The position numbers were made by a program, and so were the translations under genes. Positions 36,992 through 50,859 of a stretch of DNA of 64,000 nucleotides are shown one piece after another. Within the stretch, counting starts at the first letter, position 1. Every line of letters begins with the position of its first letter. The notes beneath the pieces are model-generated. The model searched no databases, was not told the DNA's origin, and saw nothing but the letters and a program-made list of their open reading frames with translations. This stretch comes from Basidiobolus meristosporus CBS 931.73 (Eukaryota; Fungi; Basidiobolomycota). The stretch lies in NCBI GenBank assembly GCA_002104905.1, contig MCFE01000462.1, positions 1-64,000 of the forward strand. The letters run 5' to 3'.

Positions 36992-38627
36992 ATGGAGCGA
37001 ACACTTTTATCTACACCCACCGGGTTTGCTGAAATTATCGAAGAGCTGCATCGAAAAGTAACCGAAGCACAACCCAAAGACCTTTACCAGTTTTGCGCCG
37101 AATATTTCCAAGAGAGGCTTCGGGAGCAGCGGGAGCACTTGTTGAATCTGGGTAAGTCTCCTCGGAGGGGTCGAGATGAAGTTGGTGGCTTCGCTCACTT
37201 GCCACCTATGTCTTGCGTTGCATTCAATCGAACGCTGGACCTTGCAACACTCCTTGACCCACATGCTCTACCACTGGCTGATGTGTTGATTTCTTTGTAG
37301 GTACACAGCACACCCCGGGGGTTTCTTATGCCAGAAGCATATACGTGCAGAACCAGTTCAGAAACAACTTCCATCCAAATGGGATTACCAATGGTCACGT
37401 GGGATACAACTACGAAGCAGCTATATACGAGGACACTGATGACGAAGATGCCGTATACCTTTCAGGTCAAGAAGAGATTGCAGATGAAGCCCCAGAAGAA
37501 AATACCTTGGAGATTCAGCAACCAGAGCTCGAAGAGTCGCTGGCGGACGATGAACAGGAAGAAACAAAGGATACTTTGGTAAACCCAGAAGTAGCAGCAG
37601 AGGAGGAGAAGGAAGACGACGACGACGACGACGACTCCGATATCATCATTTGTGATGACCCCCCAATGCCAATAGCATACAACCGCGGACGCCGTACTAG
37701 TGTCAGTGCTGAATCCATGACTCCCACCAATGACGGGACCTACGAAAAGATTACCATCCCAAAGTCTCCTGAGCAACGGCAACGGATCGAGGTTTCGTTG
37801 GCAAACAACTTCCTCTACAAAAACCTGGACGAGGAGCAGTACCGGGATGTCATAGATGCCATGTCGGAAAAAAAGGTCCAGAATGGTGAGTCCATCATCA
37901 GACAGGGGGATGTTGGGGACTACTTCTACGTCGTGGAGACTGGTACTTTTGACGTGTTTGTTGCGAAGAATCTCGAGGAGCCCGTGAAGGTGACCGAGTA
38001 CGGACCGGGCGGAAGCTTCGGTGAGCTGGCATTGATGTACAATGCCCCACGTGCCGCCACGGTCACCGCTACCTCGGACGCGGTTCTGTGGGCGTTGGAC
38101 CGGGTTACTTTCCGTCGTATCCTAATGGAGCGCACCAACACCAAGAGAAGAATGTACGAGGCCTTCCTCGAAGAAGTGCCACTGCTCGTTTCTCTTGAGC
38201 ACTACGAACGCCACAAAATCGCCGACGCCCTCGAATCCATGGTCTTTTGTGATGGCGACGTGGTTCTTCGACAAGGGGATGTGGGCGACAGCTTTTACAT
38301 CATTGAATCTGGCGAGGCCAGGGTTACGGTGATCGATGACGATGGTGTTGAGCATGAGCTTCCCAGCCTGAAGAAGGGATATTATTTTGGAGGTGAGAAT
38401 GGATTCGCTGCATCTCCATGACTTGCATGTACTAACCGGGATTTCTCCCTTGATTAGAACTGGCGCTGTTGAACGATAGACCTCGTGCTGCCACCATATC
38501 CGCCAAAGGCCGGTTGAAGGTAGCCACCCTGGGTAAGAAGGCGTTTGTTCGACTCCTAGGCCCCGTAGTAGATATTATTAGACGGAATACAGCGGACTAC
38601 AAGGTGATATCTCACCATATCGAATAG
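36992..38627 (+). CDS. BCY1: cAMP-dependent protein kinase regulatory subunit (type II-like), 3 exons
   Basis: Dimerisation/docking domain ([13 protein letters not shown]), inhibitor site [10 protein letters not shown], and two cNMP-binding domains ([32 protein letters not shown]). Introns at about 37152-37300 and 38393-38457. Confidence 0.97.
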
Positions 38628-39070
38628 ACTCATGGAGGTCAGCATAGATGTGGATCGACCCCGCACCCCCTTCCTCACCCCATGGAACCAGATCTAGCCT
38701 CTTCAATGCGGGACCAATCGGTAGCCCTTTCCAGGTTGAGTCAACTCTTTTGTCATCGAAGCATCCCGCCAATCTTTCTCTCGAACTATCTATGATTAGA
38801 GCATAAACTTACTCCCCAATAAACACGGACTCCACTTCAACCCGAGAATCTCTTCGTAGAATCAGTTATGTTTATTCAGGTCACGTCGTTCTAGAAAGAA
38901 AGTAACACAAAGGATGGGGGGTTTGAGGTGAACATGAATGTTGCTTTGCTATGCATGAGAGGGAGGGGGGGAGGGAAAGGGCGGTTCAGTAAACAAGATG
39001 AGCGATGCTGACCGGGGAAGTGGGTGGGTAGAAGTATGAAGCATGGGGATGTTTGGCAAGAGGCAGGTCA

Positions 39071-40057
39071 TCAGTTACCCTTCTTCTTGGATGCGATGGA
39101 GGAGAACACGCTGAGTAGATTCTCGGCGATTTTGTCTTCCTCGGTCTTCTTGGGTGCCACCTTGGGAGGGTTGGCGGAGGTGGCGAATGATGGGAACTTC
39201 TTCTTGTCGGACTGGCTGGAGCCGGACTCTTGGCCGGATTGGTTGGGCTTGGATTTGATCATACTGCGCACCTTGGCAAGAAGCTGGTCGGTGGAAAGGG
39301 CGTCCTTCTTGTCCCCGGCAAAGATGTTGGGCATTCTGCGGTAGTTCAACCCGGCCGAGGCGGTCTCTGGTTGGGTGACCGACAAGACGACGTCAGGCTT
39401 GCCTTCGCTATCGATCTCGGCCTTTACGACGTAGAAGGTCTTGAGGTCGCGAAGGTTGGCTCCGAGGGATTGTGCTGCGAAGCGGGAAGGAAGGAAAGCG
39501 ACGATACCGGCGATACCGACAGCGTAACCACCGGTGATGCGGTTAAGAATACGTCCCTGCACCTTGACCACCGAGGGGTTGTTCAAATGGTATGAAGGGT
39601 AGGCTGGCTGGGAGCCGGTGGTACGGGAGCTCACGGCATTCATGAAACTCAAGTGCTCGTCTTCTCTGAGCTTCTTGGCCTCGACCGCGTCTCTCCATTC
39701 CTGCTTGCGGTTGGCTGCCTTCTTGATGAATTTCTTCCACTCCTGCTCGGAGAGCTTGGTGACGTTGGTGGGAATGTTCATGGGAAGGGCCTCGGGGGAT
39801 TTCGAGGTGGGGAAGTTCTCCTTGAAGCGCTTCAGGGTAAGGATAGAGCCCTGGGCACTGGTGATAGGTGTCTGGTGCTCCAAGGTGTCAAGCGCTTGCA
39901 CGTCGATGAACTTGGTTCTAAGGGTTACTGGCAAGTTTCTCTTCAAGCCCCAGTCCCCAATGTCCCGGAAGCCGCCGAAGGTGGTGTACACCTGGTTAAT
40001 CTTCGGGTCGTAGCTGGCGAGCTTCGAGGTACGAAACAATCTGGCGAAGGAAGACAT
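39071..40057 (-). CDS. MRP51: Mitochondrial ribosomal protein bS1m (Mrp51), 328 aa
   Basis: FARLFRTSKLAS...GDWGLKRNLP and an S1-like VQGRILNRITGGYAVGIAGIVAFLP segment. Confidence 0.85.
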   Translation of the reverse strand: MSSFARLFRTSKLASYDPKINQVYTTFGGFRDIGDWGLKRNLPVTLRTKFIDVQALDTLEHQTPITSAQGSILTLKRFKENFPTSKSPEALPMNIPTNVTKLSEQEWKKFIKKAANRKQEWRDAVEAKKLREDEHLSFMNAVSSRTTGSQPAYPSYHLNNPSVVKVQGRILNRITGGYAVGIAGIVAFLPSRFAAQSLGANLRDLKTFYVVKAEIDSEGKPDVVLSVTQPETASAGLNYRRMPNIFAGDKKDALSTDQLLAKVRSMIKSKPNQSGQESGSSQSDKKKFPSFATSANPPKVAPKKTEEDKIAENLLSVFSSIASKKKGN

Positions 40058-40443
40058 GGTGGTCGAGAAAGCAAGAGTGGTGGTTTCTCTCTAGATATTG
40101 CTACGAGTCTGGGTGAAAAGGGTCCCTGTCACCTTGGCGGAGTATCGATCCGAATCACATTGCTTTCCCTCATCCATCAATACTACAAGTAAAATTTTCT
40201 CTCCCCCAGTCCCACTCTGACCCCCTTTCCCCCTCTCCCCCCTCCCCATGCAATTCATCTCCCCCGGGATCACCCTACGATAAACAGACTGCTCGTGGAG
40301 AATGGAGATTTATTCAACGAATCAACCAAAAATGCTCGAATCCACACGGATTCCGGGGTAAAATACAAGCTAATATACAGATGAGTCTGTCCCAGGGGAA
40401 TGCTGATAAATGAACATGAATCCAACAATGTAGGCACCGACGC

Positions 40444-43400
40444 TCAGCCACGGTACTTGGATCGGTTCGGTGTCCAGGAGCAGTACTGCTTGAGGGTCGA
40501 TCCGATCTTTTCCTTGGTCACGATCTTGCTCAAGATGTCGTCGAAAAGGCTGGCCTGAGGCACGTTACGCTCATACGCGGTGACCGCTATGATCGGCGTC
40601 TCCTGGTTGAGGTTCTTCGTGGATTTGATCATCCGCGCGGCCGTAAAACCGTCGACTAAAACGTAGGCGAGTTAGAAATCATCGGGGAAGGGCGGGTCGA
40701 ACATGGAATCTAGTTCACTTACTGATCGGCATCTTGATGTCCATGAAGATGATATCGAACTTCACTTTGCCCATGCAGCACCTGATCGCCTCAGCGCCGT
40801 TGTAGCACACCACCGAGCTGCAATGGAGCTTCTCCAGGATCCTCTCTAATAGCTTCGCGCTGATCGCGTTGTCATCCACAATAAGGCACTTCAGCCTGCT
40901 GTGGCTGGGTTTTCTGGATAACGGGCCCAGCCCGCTAGGACTAGATTTGCTGGACGAGGCCCGAGACCTGGGCTGGTTGGTTGACCGCTTTGGCGATTCT
41001 GCAGCATTGTCGGGGAGCGACGATGTTCTTCCGCACCAAGACATCCGGGAGCTTGGGAGGGAGGAGGACATCGTTTGCTCAAATGACTTCAAGGCAGATG
41101 TGCTTAGGGCAGATGGGACGGAGACGTTTCTTGGTCTTGGCGTGGGGATGGCGAGGTTTCGGTCCTCCGAATTGGACCGGATATGGATCATGCTATGCCG
41201 TTTGGTGGAGTCTGTGATGGACGGGTCCGACTTCAGCCTCCTAATCACATCATCATTGGCTTTGGCCAGAACCTCTAGATTCTTGTACGAAAAGTTGCCG
41301 AAGTCTGCCGTGGTAGGCTCGGTTGTGCCGCTGGTAGACTGTGACTCGGGTGTGCCCGCTGTCGCAGGTTGGGTGGTGGGCTGACTGGTGTCTTGTTCCG
41401 TCTCTGCACGGAGCTCAGGATGTTCATCCGCATCAAAGTTGGCCATGGATGCTCCTCTACCATCAAAATAATCGGTGTCCTCAATGCTTTCGGGTTGCGG
41501 AATGAATGCCGGCCGCTCGGTCAACAAGGTGTCCCAGTGTATGCCGGCGAAGAACGGATGGTTCTTGACTTCCTCGATGCCGTTCAGACCCAGTCGTTTC
41601 TCGACGTCGGTGCACATCAGCCTCTCCATAAGGTCACGTGCCTCGGGCGAGACATCAAACTGGTCTTCGTGCCAGTCGATATTGCGAGAGAGAATGTTCT
41701 CAAATACCTTCTCCGGCGTGTCGGCATTGAAAGGTGGAACGCCGTATATAAATTCATACAAGATCACCCCTAATGCCCACTAATAAACAATCTCAATTAA
41801 TAGGACGTTATGCCGTGGTGCACTTTCCATTCTGCTTACCCAGTCTACCATTGCATCTTGCTGCGTGCCCAAGATGCTCTCTGGGGCCAGATAGTCCGGC
41901 GTGCCCACGCACTTCTTGGGGCTTTCCTCCTCCTTGAAGTTCTGGAACGCTTCGTCGGTCAGAAATAGGCTCCCAAGTGGCGTTCCTGGGACGCTGTTTC
42001 CTCCAGGCGTGCTGTCCGAGAAATTACTGGCAACGGAATTTCTCGGGCTATCCAAGAAGTTCGGTACGTTTGGAGTGTGCAATATATTGCTAGGAGAGTC
42101 GGTGCTAGAGAGGTGATCAAGGTACGGAGAAGGTGGCCCAAAAGAGTCGCTCCTTGCTCCGGTGATGTTTACCTTTAGGGAAGTGGACTGGTTGCGCGCC
42201 CGTCTGTTGAGAAATCCTATTCTCGATAACCCAAAGTCGGTAAGTTTGAGGTGGCCGTTCTGGTCGATGAGCAAGTTATCAGGTTTAAGATCACTGGAGC
42301 GTTGTAGGAGGTTAGTAGTGAATAAACCAAGAGTGAAAGTGGCAGCTTCTCTTACCGATGAATAATCCCTTTTCCGTGTAGATACTCTAGGCCCAGAACA
42401 ACCTCTGCCAGGTAATTTCGGGCCCATTCCTCCGGTAGCTCGCCCATCCCTTTGATCAAGGCAGCGCAGTCGCCACCATTCAAATACTCCATGACCAGAT
42501 ACAAATAATCTTTGCTTTGAAACGTAAAGTAGAGCTTCACTACGAACGGCGAGTCAGTCTGCATGATCAGTGCCTTGCGTTCGGCCTTGACGTTCATCAC
42601 CTGATTCTTGGTGATCATATCAGATTTTTTCAACACCTTGATGGCAAAATATTCGCCGGTGGTTCGCTTCTTGGCGAGATACACCGATCCAAACGCCCCT
42701 TTGCTAATCGGCTTGATGATCTCGAAATCTTTGATGCTAATTTGCGCTGAGCGTGGCCCGGGCGTGGCGGGGCTGAGGGTTGGGGAATAAGGTGTGGTGC
42801 CTGACGAGAGATCCTGCCAGAGCCGAGATGACTTTGGTGACCCAAAAGGCGATGCAGAAGTATCTATCTCCTTGAGAGTCAGTCTGGGTCTTCTTAATCT
42901 TACGGAGCCGCGAGTCGGCAGTGCTTCCTTGAACTGCTTTGTAGCAGGCTGATCCAAATTCAACTCCTCGATGTACCTCTCGTCTATCAAACTTCCGCCA
43001 CACTCCAGCTTGATTTTCGCTTCCCACTGAGCTTCTGCTTTTTCCCCTCCTCGAGCTGCGGAAAGCATTTCTTTCGTCGCCTCGAGTTTCTCTCTAACGC
43101 ATGTTTGGACGTTCTGCAACAGATGCTGAATCCCTGGGTCGACAGAAGTAAGCGCCCAGGCGGAGATCTCTTGCCAGTGTGGCAGGCTCTCCAAAGGCTG
43201 ATCATCATGATTATCGGGAATCTTGATCGCCATGGCAAGGTCGAGAATCTGCTTGGCTGAGCAGAGTATATCCAGTATGCTATTGCGCCTGTTGAAGTCG
43301 TCGAGCGATCCAATGATGGTGTTGCAAATTTCACATATCTCAGCCCGGGTTTCCTGAAGAGAGTCGTCGCAGCTCTGGAGTTTCCGCTCGGCTTGGTGGA

Positions 43401-46400
43401 TTTTGGTACAATGCTCGGAGTGGGTTTCGAAGAATAAGGGGGACACCATCTGTTCACAGATATGGCAGAGAACGTGAGGAGGAAGAGGTTGAAGTGGCAT
43501 TGGGGAACCGCTCTGCGACCCACTTTCTGAGCAATTCTCTGAGCCTTTTATCTTACCGTCCCTGAACGACGGAGTTCTCTCCACATTTACTGGTTCCTCA
43601 ACATCGATCGCATCACCATCGTCAAAGTCCTCACCACCGAAGAGGACGGAACTCGAGTCTGCCCAGGTGTCTTCCTCACCCTCATTGATCGGCTGGATAA
43701 CCCAGAGAGTGTGTGAAGGCTCTCCATTCAAGTGGTCAGAATAGCCAAGAATCCCTTTGGCTTCCATCTTCGCCCAATTATGCAATCCCTCAGAGCTCTC
43801 CTCATTCCTCTGCAGTAAAGAGAACCGAACCTCGATCGTCTGTGTGTCGTCATACAATAGTTGCGAAGTTGCGATGGAGAAAATATCCGCATCACTATCT
43901 GGTAGGAATTCGGCTATGGAATGACCAAGAAGCACTTGCGGATCAGATCTAGGAACAGCAAGCACCGTGAGAGATTTGTCAATGCAATGATTCGAGTCGA
44001 AAGGCTTACCCCATTAACTCCCTCCAAGCTGGGCTTAAATAACGCAACCGGACATCCTGGAGAGTCAACTCCATTACGATGCTTACCCCTTGGCCTTCTT
44101 CGACAACCTTCCGTAGCTCATTGATATCCTTCTTGATTTTGTTGGGATCCGAGCGAGACTTTCTAGCTCGTCGGCGTTTTTGCGGCTTCGATTCCTTCGT
44201 GGAGCCGGATTGTGGGCGTACCCTCTCCTCTGTGGCGCCATGCTTCTTGCCGATATGGCGTTCGTGCTGCGAGTACTCCCGCTCCAACTTCTCCGCCTCA
44301 CGAAGCTGAATGCTGATGTTCAAGTAACCCATAAGCGTCAACAATCGAGAGAACATCTCTTTGTGTGGCCAGTCATTCTGGAACCATTGATTTTGGATCT
44401 TGGTCATGGTATTGACATAGCTTTCGATTTTTCCTTTCGACAACCTGGAATGATCAACGTCGAGGATATCCTGGCCGATGGATATAAAGTCCATTGCTTT
44501 TTGCAGGAACGGGGTTGGGCAGAACGAATCCTCAGAGATGGGAATTACAGCTGACCCATGTCGCTCCAATAGGTTGAGTGTTGAACGGTCTACGCTAGAG
44601 TGGCTCGCGGAGCTTGATGGGTGGCGGGGTGCTATCGGTACAAGCTCATCTTAATAAACGCGCAGGTAGCATTGATTGAAAACATACTTACTGCTATTGT
44701 TGTTGTCTGCTGGCTGAAGGTAGGCTTCCACATCGGAGCTTCGTGATTGTGAGGAAGGGTGGCTCTCGTAGTCCATGGAGGTACACTGCGCTGGGGAAGT
44801 AGACATTCGCATGACCAAAGGCTCATTGTTATCAGGATGGATAGAGATGGTTGGGGTTGAAGTGTGGGAGCGGCTTCTGTACATGTTCGTGTCCCTACCA
44901 CCCTCATCTCTATCCTGGCCAAACATGGGCTCGCTCAGGTCATGAATCAGATTCATGGATTGATCGTCCAAGCTACTGTCTGAAATACCGTCGGCATCCT
45001 CCTCCTCCTCAACGTAGTTCAACGTCCCCTCAACAAATTGATTCAGAATCTCAATAAGCTCGCGAATCAATCGGTCACACTCTCGTTTACGATAACGGAT
45101 ATCCTTTTCCAGGCTGCGCTTGCTCAATTCCGAGGAAAGCGTGGGGAGTTTGAACACTTTACCATTCCCAGTGGACGTGGAGCCGGAGTACGAGACTGCA
45201 CGTGACATAGGCACACTCTCTATTGAGGGGTCGAAGGCGGTGTGCCTTGCCGGGGCCGCAGACTTGTCTTTGTCGGCGAAGGTGGAGGCGAGTAGCCGGA
45301 GCTGCAGGTGCTTGGTACGTAAGAATTCCTCGTAAGTTGAAGGAAGATCGAAATTCATGGGGGTCTCCAGAAGTTCATAGCACATATCTACCACCTGGTT
45401 CCACCATAGCAAGTACTCTCGATTCTTTTTAAAAGTGACAAATGGACGATCACGTCCGTCAGCCAACGGAGGATCGTAAATCCAGTTGAACCAATGTGTT
45501 TCCGCCGATGGCTTGTTTCCTGGCCAATTCTTCACTTTGGCGACTCTCGACTGATACAATTTGCACGCATACGTATACACCGATGCTTGGAATAGCGACG
45601 AATTCTTGTGATGATTTTCTCTGGCTCGGGAGCGATCTAGGGCTTCATTCGGAGTGGCGGTCGGTAAAGAAGTCGAGTACGAATACACAGACGAGGGATG
45701 TATCGGCTGCATAGGCAATGCTGTTCCCTGACTAGGACCAGGTCCCGACGGGCTATTCAGGTCTGCGTTGATTGTATGGTCCGCATTCTCTATTCCCAGG
45801 GCGTTCTTCTCTCGTGGTTTCATAGAGCTCTCTGCGATGCTTCGTGCCGGTTGGAAACGATTGAACTTGACATTGCTCACTGAGAGTACCCGACGATGCC
45901 GCGTCTTGGGGATGTCAGATGGTAACATCTTGGCAATAGGAAGTGCCATGCCACCATCATCGGCCAAATTGGTACCAATGAAGGAGGCACGTTTGGATTT
46001 AACCAAAAACTTTCCACTGAGGGAGGGCGAGTTTACCTGGTTTGTTGACTCAATGGCCATGGGAGATGACGGGCCTGTGCTCCATTCTGCAGATGGCCCT
46101 TCCCCGTTGTAGGATGTTGTTCGGCCTTTTCGCCAGGAAAGTGAGTCAAGCTCGCTGGGGCTGATCTCTTGCGGTTTCCGCACATTCTCGGCGAGCTTGT
46201 TGACATTCATAACGGTATCTATTAAAGAGGATCTTCGAGACCTGTACCATCCCTTGCCGTTGGTTAATGGGCTGGCCACTTTGGGAGAAGAGCGATTCGA
46301 CTTGCTCTCATCGTCAAGATAGGTTTCATCCTTGGCAACTAATGAATCTCGAGATGTGAAAGTGGGCTGACTGGGAGTAGCCAATGGTGATCCATACGAT

Positions 46401-47480
46401 CTGGGAGAATGAGCCCTTTCAATGAAACTAAATTCCCCAGAGCCGGCCGACGATGATGAACGGCTGAAAGGACGGGCTAGTAAGGGCTCCGGGATTGGAA
46501 TGCACCTGATCTTTGCGCTATTTGGCACTGGGGACAGCGACAGTTTAGGTGATGATGATAATGAGCCATAAACCCGTTCTACTTCGGTCGGCCTGCCTCT
46601 TTGCTGGTGGTTTCCAGCCGACCTTCCGGCGGAATATGCAATGTTTACTGGCGTGGCTGGCCTCGAGGAGCTGGATTTCCAAGACAACTCCTCAGGCTGA
46701 TGTCCCTGTTCAGCCCCGAGGAAGGAGTGCACACCGGGTTCGGAGTGGATAGACGAAGGGTACGTTGTATGACCCACTCTCTTTTCAGAAGTGTACTGCT
46801 CTTCCGCATGAGACGTATGGATGTTCGTGCTCCGAAGAGGCGTTAGAGGAAGGTCTATCATGCCTGCTACCTCCTGCCAAATGAGAAAGTGAATCTACAA
46901 TACGTCTTGCATCACCAGCATGCAGGTTGGGCACCGAGGTAGTTGTCATGGAAGTTGTGGGCTGCAGTAGCACCGCGTCCCTTTGCTTGTCCATGAGTTT
47001 TGGCATTTTGAAATCTTCGTGAATGTTCGAGGTAAAGAATCTGGTTGAACTCTTATCAGTCATTTCGCTTCCAGCTTCCTGGGTCACTGGTGAATTCTGT
47101 TTGTCGTCTGATAATTGGGTTTCGACGCCTGAAGCATGGGTTGCATCTGGAAGAGAATAAACAGCTGGTGTAGGGGTGATTTCAGGTTCCTCAGCTTGCT
47201 TTGTGCTGTCAATGGCCGTGTTTTTGCTAGATAAAGAGCTTGCTTTGAAAAGGTGTTGTAAGCCAGAAACCAAACCACCTTTCTTATGACTAGGTCCCTT
47301 TTTTGGCTCCGGTTCTTTATCTGATTTGCTAAATGGCTTTGAGCTTAGCATTCCAAGAAACCCACTTGATTTGTTTTTATGAGTTGCATTTGGTAGGGGC
47401 GAATTAACGGAGCCAGACTCTTCATGAGTGTCAGCAGCCGGTACAAAATTTGAACCAGAAGGAGGTTCAGGTGAAGACAT
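40444..47480 (-). CDS. RIM15: Rim15/Cek1 (Greatwall-related) AGC kinase with PAS, C2HC zinc finger, split kinase domain and C-terminal REC domain
   Basis: ELTLQDVRLRYLSPAWRELMG (PAS), LCHICEQ...HSEHC, IKDFEIIKPISKGAFGSVYLAKK, HRDLKPDNLL, LTDFGLS, VGTPDYLAPE, CLIVDDN...FMDIKMP. The join near 46785-46900 needs a 40-nt intron or a +1 frameshift. Confidence 0.92.
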
Positions 47481-48296
47481 GGTGAGTAATAGTACGAGTC
47501 GCCCCTATCACTACTGTTTTGGGTGTTAAGTGCCTCTGATAAAGATGGGATAGCCGATGTTAGTAAATTTCGAGAAGCAAATAAGAAATGTCAGGCATGT
47601 GGCCTCTTCTGTTGTCTTGGTCACTCGCAGTATCTTAGAGCCTTTGAGGGAGACGCGTCAAAGGGAATCTAGGATCACAAGATTAAGGAATCGGACAGAT
47701 TTCAGGCTCACAGATAAGAAAATATATGTACTCAGCAGGATACAGGGAGTGTTGTAGGCGCTGAAGGGCCAGAATACAGCAAGTATATGAATCGGAATTT
47801 TTCTTGAACTCTGGTCGCTGGATAAAGTTCTTTACAAGTAATATCGAGGATGACCAAGCATGTCAGCAGGCATTTAACTAGCGAAGCATTGATGGATTTC
47901 CAAATTCGGCCGAATAAGAGGAACTGGAATATCTAGATTTCGCAATTTCTTGACTAGATTTTACCAGCAGCCAACAACCAACAGCTAACGATCAACCACC
48001 AACCACCAGCCCCAGCTATTTCTATCGAACCCCACCTGTTCCCGTAGAAGGCTTGCTGCAGCGGAGATGCTTTGATTCCGTGGATGGTCTACCAGATATC
48101 AACTCCCAAATACCGGCCACTACTGGGCTAGATTTGTTGATCAAATTATTGTTTACCACAATTAACCACTACTAGTAGGCGGGAAATCAAAACATGTGTC
48201 ATATCATAACAATTTCCTATTTATCAAGGTTACCACGTCGCTCCCTCTCCTTGCCGTTTCCTCATTTTTCTACTTTCTTTTTCATTGTATACGACT

Positions 48297-50507
48297 ATGC
48301 ACCAAGCCCTAAGTCATTACCACGCTGATACAAGGGAGTCCGCTGCTGAGCAGCAGGTAAATCCTTAAGCTGCGCAAACCAAGTGCCGTGGTTTCCTCTA
48401 ACCTCTTCTATATAGCTCAGGAGAGGTCTTGATCTGGTCCAGGAGGCCTTTGATAACAAAGTATTTCATATGACTGAGGAGGTTAATCACTGGAAACAAT
48501 CCTCCAACACCCAAAAGCAGCAGGTACTCCTATTTGAACGAATCTCTCGAAAATACTAGGGCTCAACCGCTGTTTTTAGATAACTTTGCTTCAAAATGAA
48601 ATCGAAGAGCTCAAGCTTAAGTTGGAGGAGTTGACGAAATCCTCCACCAGTGTGCTTGCTGAGAGGCGGGCCCTTATGGTATCCAGGAACGCTCTATTAG
48701 ATAAATACAATACACTTCGCAAATGGGTGTGTGTGTTATGTTTATTCGTTGCACTCGAGGTTGAACTAACCGATAGTACGCACAACAGGCCCTTCAACTC
48801 GACTCTTTCAAGAAGGTATGTCTGTCTAGCGTTTTAGAGACGTCATTGGATTCTGACTGATTATGGTTATTTAGACTATATTCCAAATGCTGCAAGACGG
48901 TCCACAGGCTCCAATGTCTGTATCCGAGCTTGAGAAGACTTATTTTAGCGAGTTTGAGGGTGGATTAAGTAGTCACCTCGATGAAGAGATCGCACCAGTG
49001 GCCATTACCAATGCGCAGAAGGAAGAACAAGAGGCAGAGCCAGATAGCATGTTCTTGGCTGAGTATATGGTAAGATGGAAAAATGGCAGACATGTCTGAA
49101 TGCGCGCTAACCTTGCAATCAGGTCCCACATCACGAAGACGAACGACGCTACGAGGAGGATGCTTATCAGGAGTCAGCTCACCAGATGAGCTCGTTTTTG
49201 GGACATGACTCGGAAGTCGCAGAATATGAAACCCATGGCCAGTCACGTGGCTTGGTGGATAAGGAGCAGATAGAGCATGATGGCTTAGCTCGTAATGCAA
49301 TTCATGTCAGTCTATCCCAACCCGAGCATTCTAGTTTCATGCCAGATATCTCTGCCCAGCCCGAGAATGGATTCAAACCTTCCGTTCTAGGAGGCGAGTA
49401 TGTTGCCAACTCAACCCCCCTCCATCATGACACAAGGGATGAGGCCGAATCGTTTCTGGGCAACTTTTCCCTCCATTCCAATGCCAACTCTCGGGCCGAG
49501 TTGTCCAAATTAAGCTCCGGAAGAAATCCCCCAATCTACGACGACGAGGACAGCTCCAACGAGTCAGGAATTGCGATAAACTCCGACACCAACGACCAGG
49601 CCTCCGAGCCAGAAAACAACGATGCATCGACTGTGGAGAATTCCCAAGAGATCCCCGCCTTCGAGTCCTCACATCTATCAATGGAACGTAAGCCCACCAG
49701 CGAATCCAACAACGATGTGGACCAGCCCCTAGAACGCTCCATCAATCAGCACAGTTTTTCCGAACAAGCGAAATTGGAGAATGATCAGTCCTATCGCAAC
49801 AACACTCCCCGTCGCCACCCAGGCTCACCCCATCAAGGGTCGATGCTAAATACCTCGGCCTCGAGCCATCGTAGTCAATCAAGGACCTCTCCTAGCCAGA
49901 ACAACATGAATGGTACGCAGGGTTTGCGAACGCAATGCCGAATTAGATCCACGAATACTAATTGATATGAACACAGGCTCTACATCTATGCCACACCAGC
50001 AATCACCTCGCTCCGCACAATCGCCCAACATTGGCCGAAGTAGCCAACAGTAAGTTCATGAGTCTTCCGTCTGCATGGCTCCAACCCCAACCCTAACCCT
50101 AACCCCGCACAGTTTCATCCCAACAGTCGAACGAACACCAAACAACCCCTGTCAGATCCTATGTCAAAGCTGGCTCTCCGGATAGCGCCAGATTCTCGGA
50201 TGTCTCCATCGGATCCATTCGGTCAACCACCTCCAGTGGAAGAAAAATCACAAAGAAGGAAATCTACGCCGAGATCAAGAAAACGTTGGACCATCAACAG
50301 TTCTCGGAATTTGCCAAAAGTAAGCGGGGACTCTTTCCTTCCAAGCCACCACCCAGTACTAACACTTTCCCTGTAGCCGTGGACGATCTGTACAGCCAGC
50401 GGATATCCCTTGCTCAAGCAGAGGACTGCATGAGGGAGCTCATCCAGGAGCCCTCCTTGCTAAGACTCATCCTAAAGATGTTACAAAAGCAGAAAACCAC
50501 CGTGTAA
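48297..50507 (+). CDS. At4g15545 (NAIP)-like coiled-coil protein, multi-exon
   Basis: The spliced N-terminal coiled coil ends LQLDSFKKTIFQMLQD. An acidic/Ser-rich linker follows, then a C-terminal helical domain KEIYAEIKKTLDHQQFSEFAK.VDDLYSQRISLAQAEDCMRELI. Both ends resemble the plant At4g15545 family by recalled motifs. Confidence 0.55.
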
Positions 50508-50859
50508 ACGGCTCCTCACCCTCACATCCTCACATCCACACATCCACACATCCACACGCGCACTCACCTCATTGTTTGCACATCGGCTGATGGCTATTGG
50601 TATATACTCTCCTATAAATAAATGTACGTTTTGTTTCCAGCGACAAATGCGTGATCCTCTATGCATGTATATATATGTAGTGATCGTCAGTCTAGTGGAA
50701 AGCCAGTGCCTAAAATGGAACTGATGCGTAGTACTTGTCCTTATGATGAACAATCCGACTCATGAGTCACTAGATGTCCACAACGTCCGTTCCACCTACA
50801 CACCAACCCCATGCACATGACAATTGATCTTATCAATCAAATGCGAGCATGCTGTCGGA

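Noticed and set aside
50081-50106. (CCCTAA)-like repeat resembling an interstitial telomere
   Set aside because: It lies at the 3' end of an intron, where CTAAC is the branch-point consensus, and has only two perfect units.
50518-50557. CACATC-type short repeat after the At4g15545-like gene
   Set aside because: Ordinary 3'UTR microsatellite. It is not CRISPR-like because there are no spacers.
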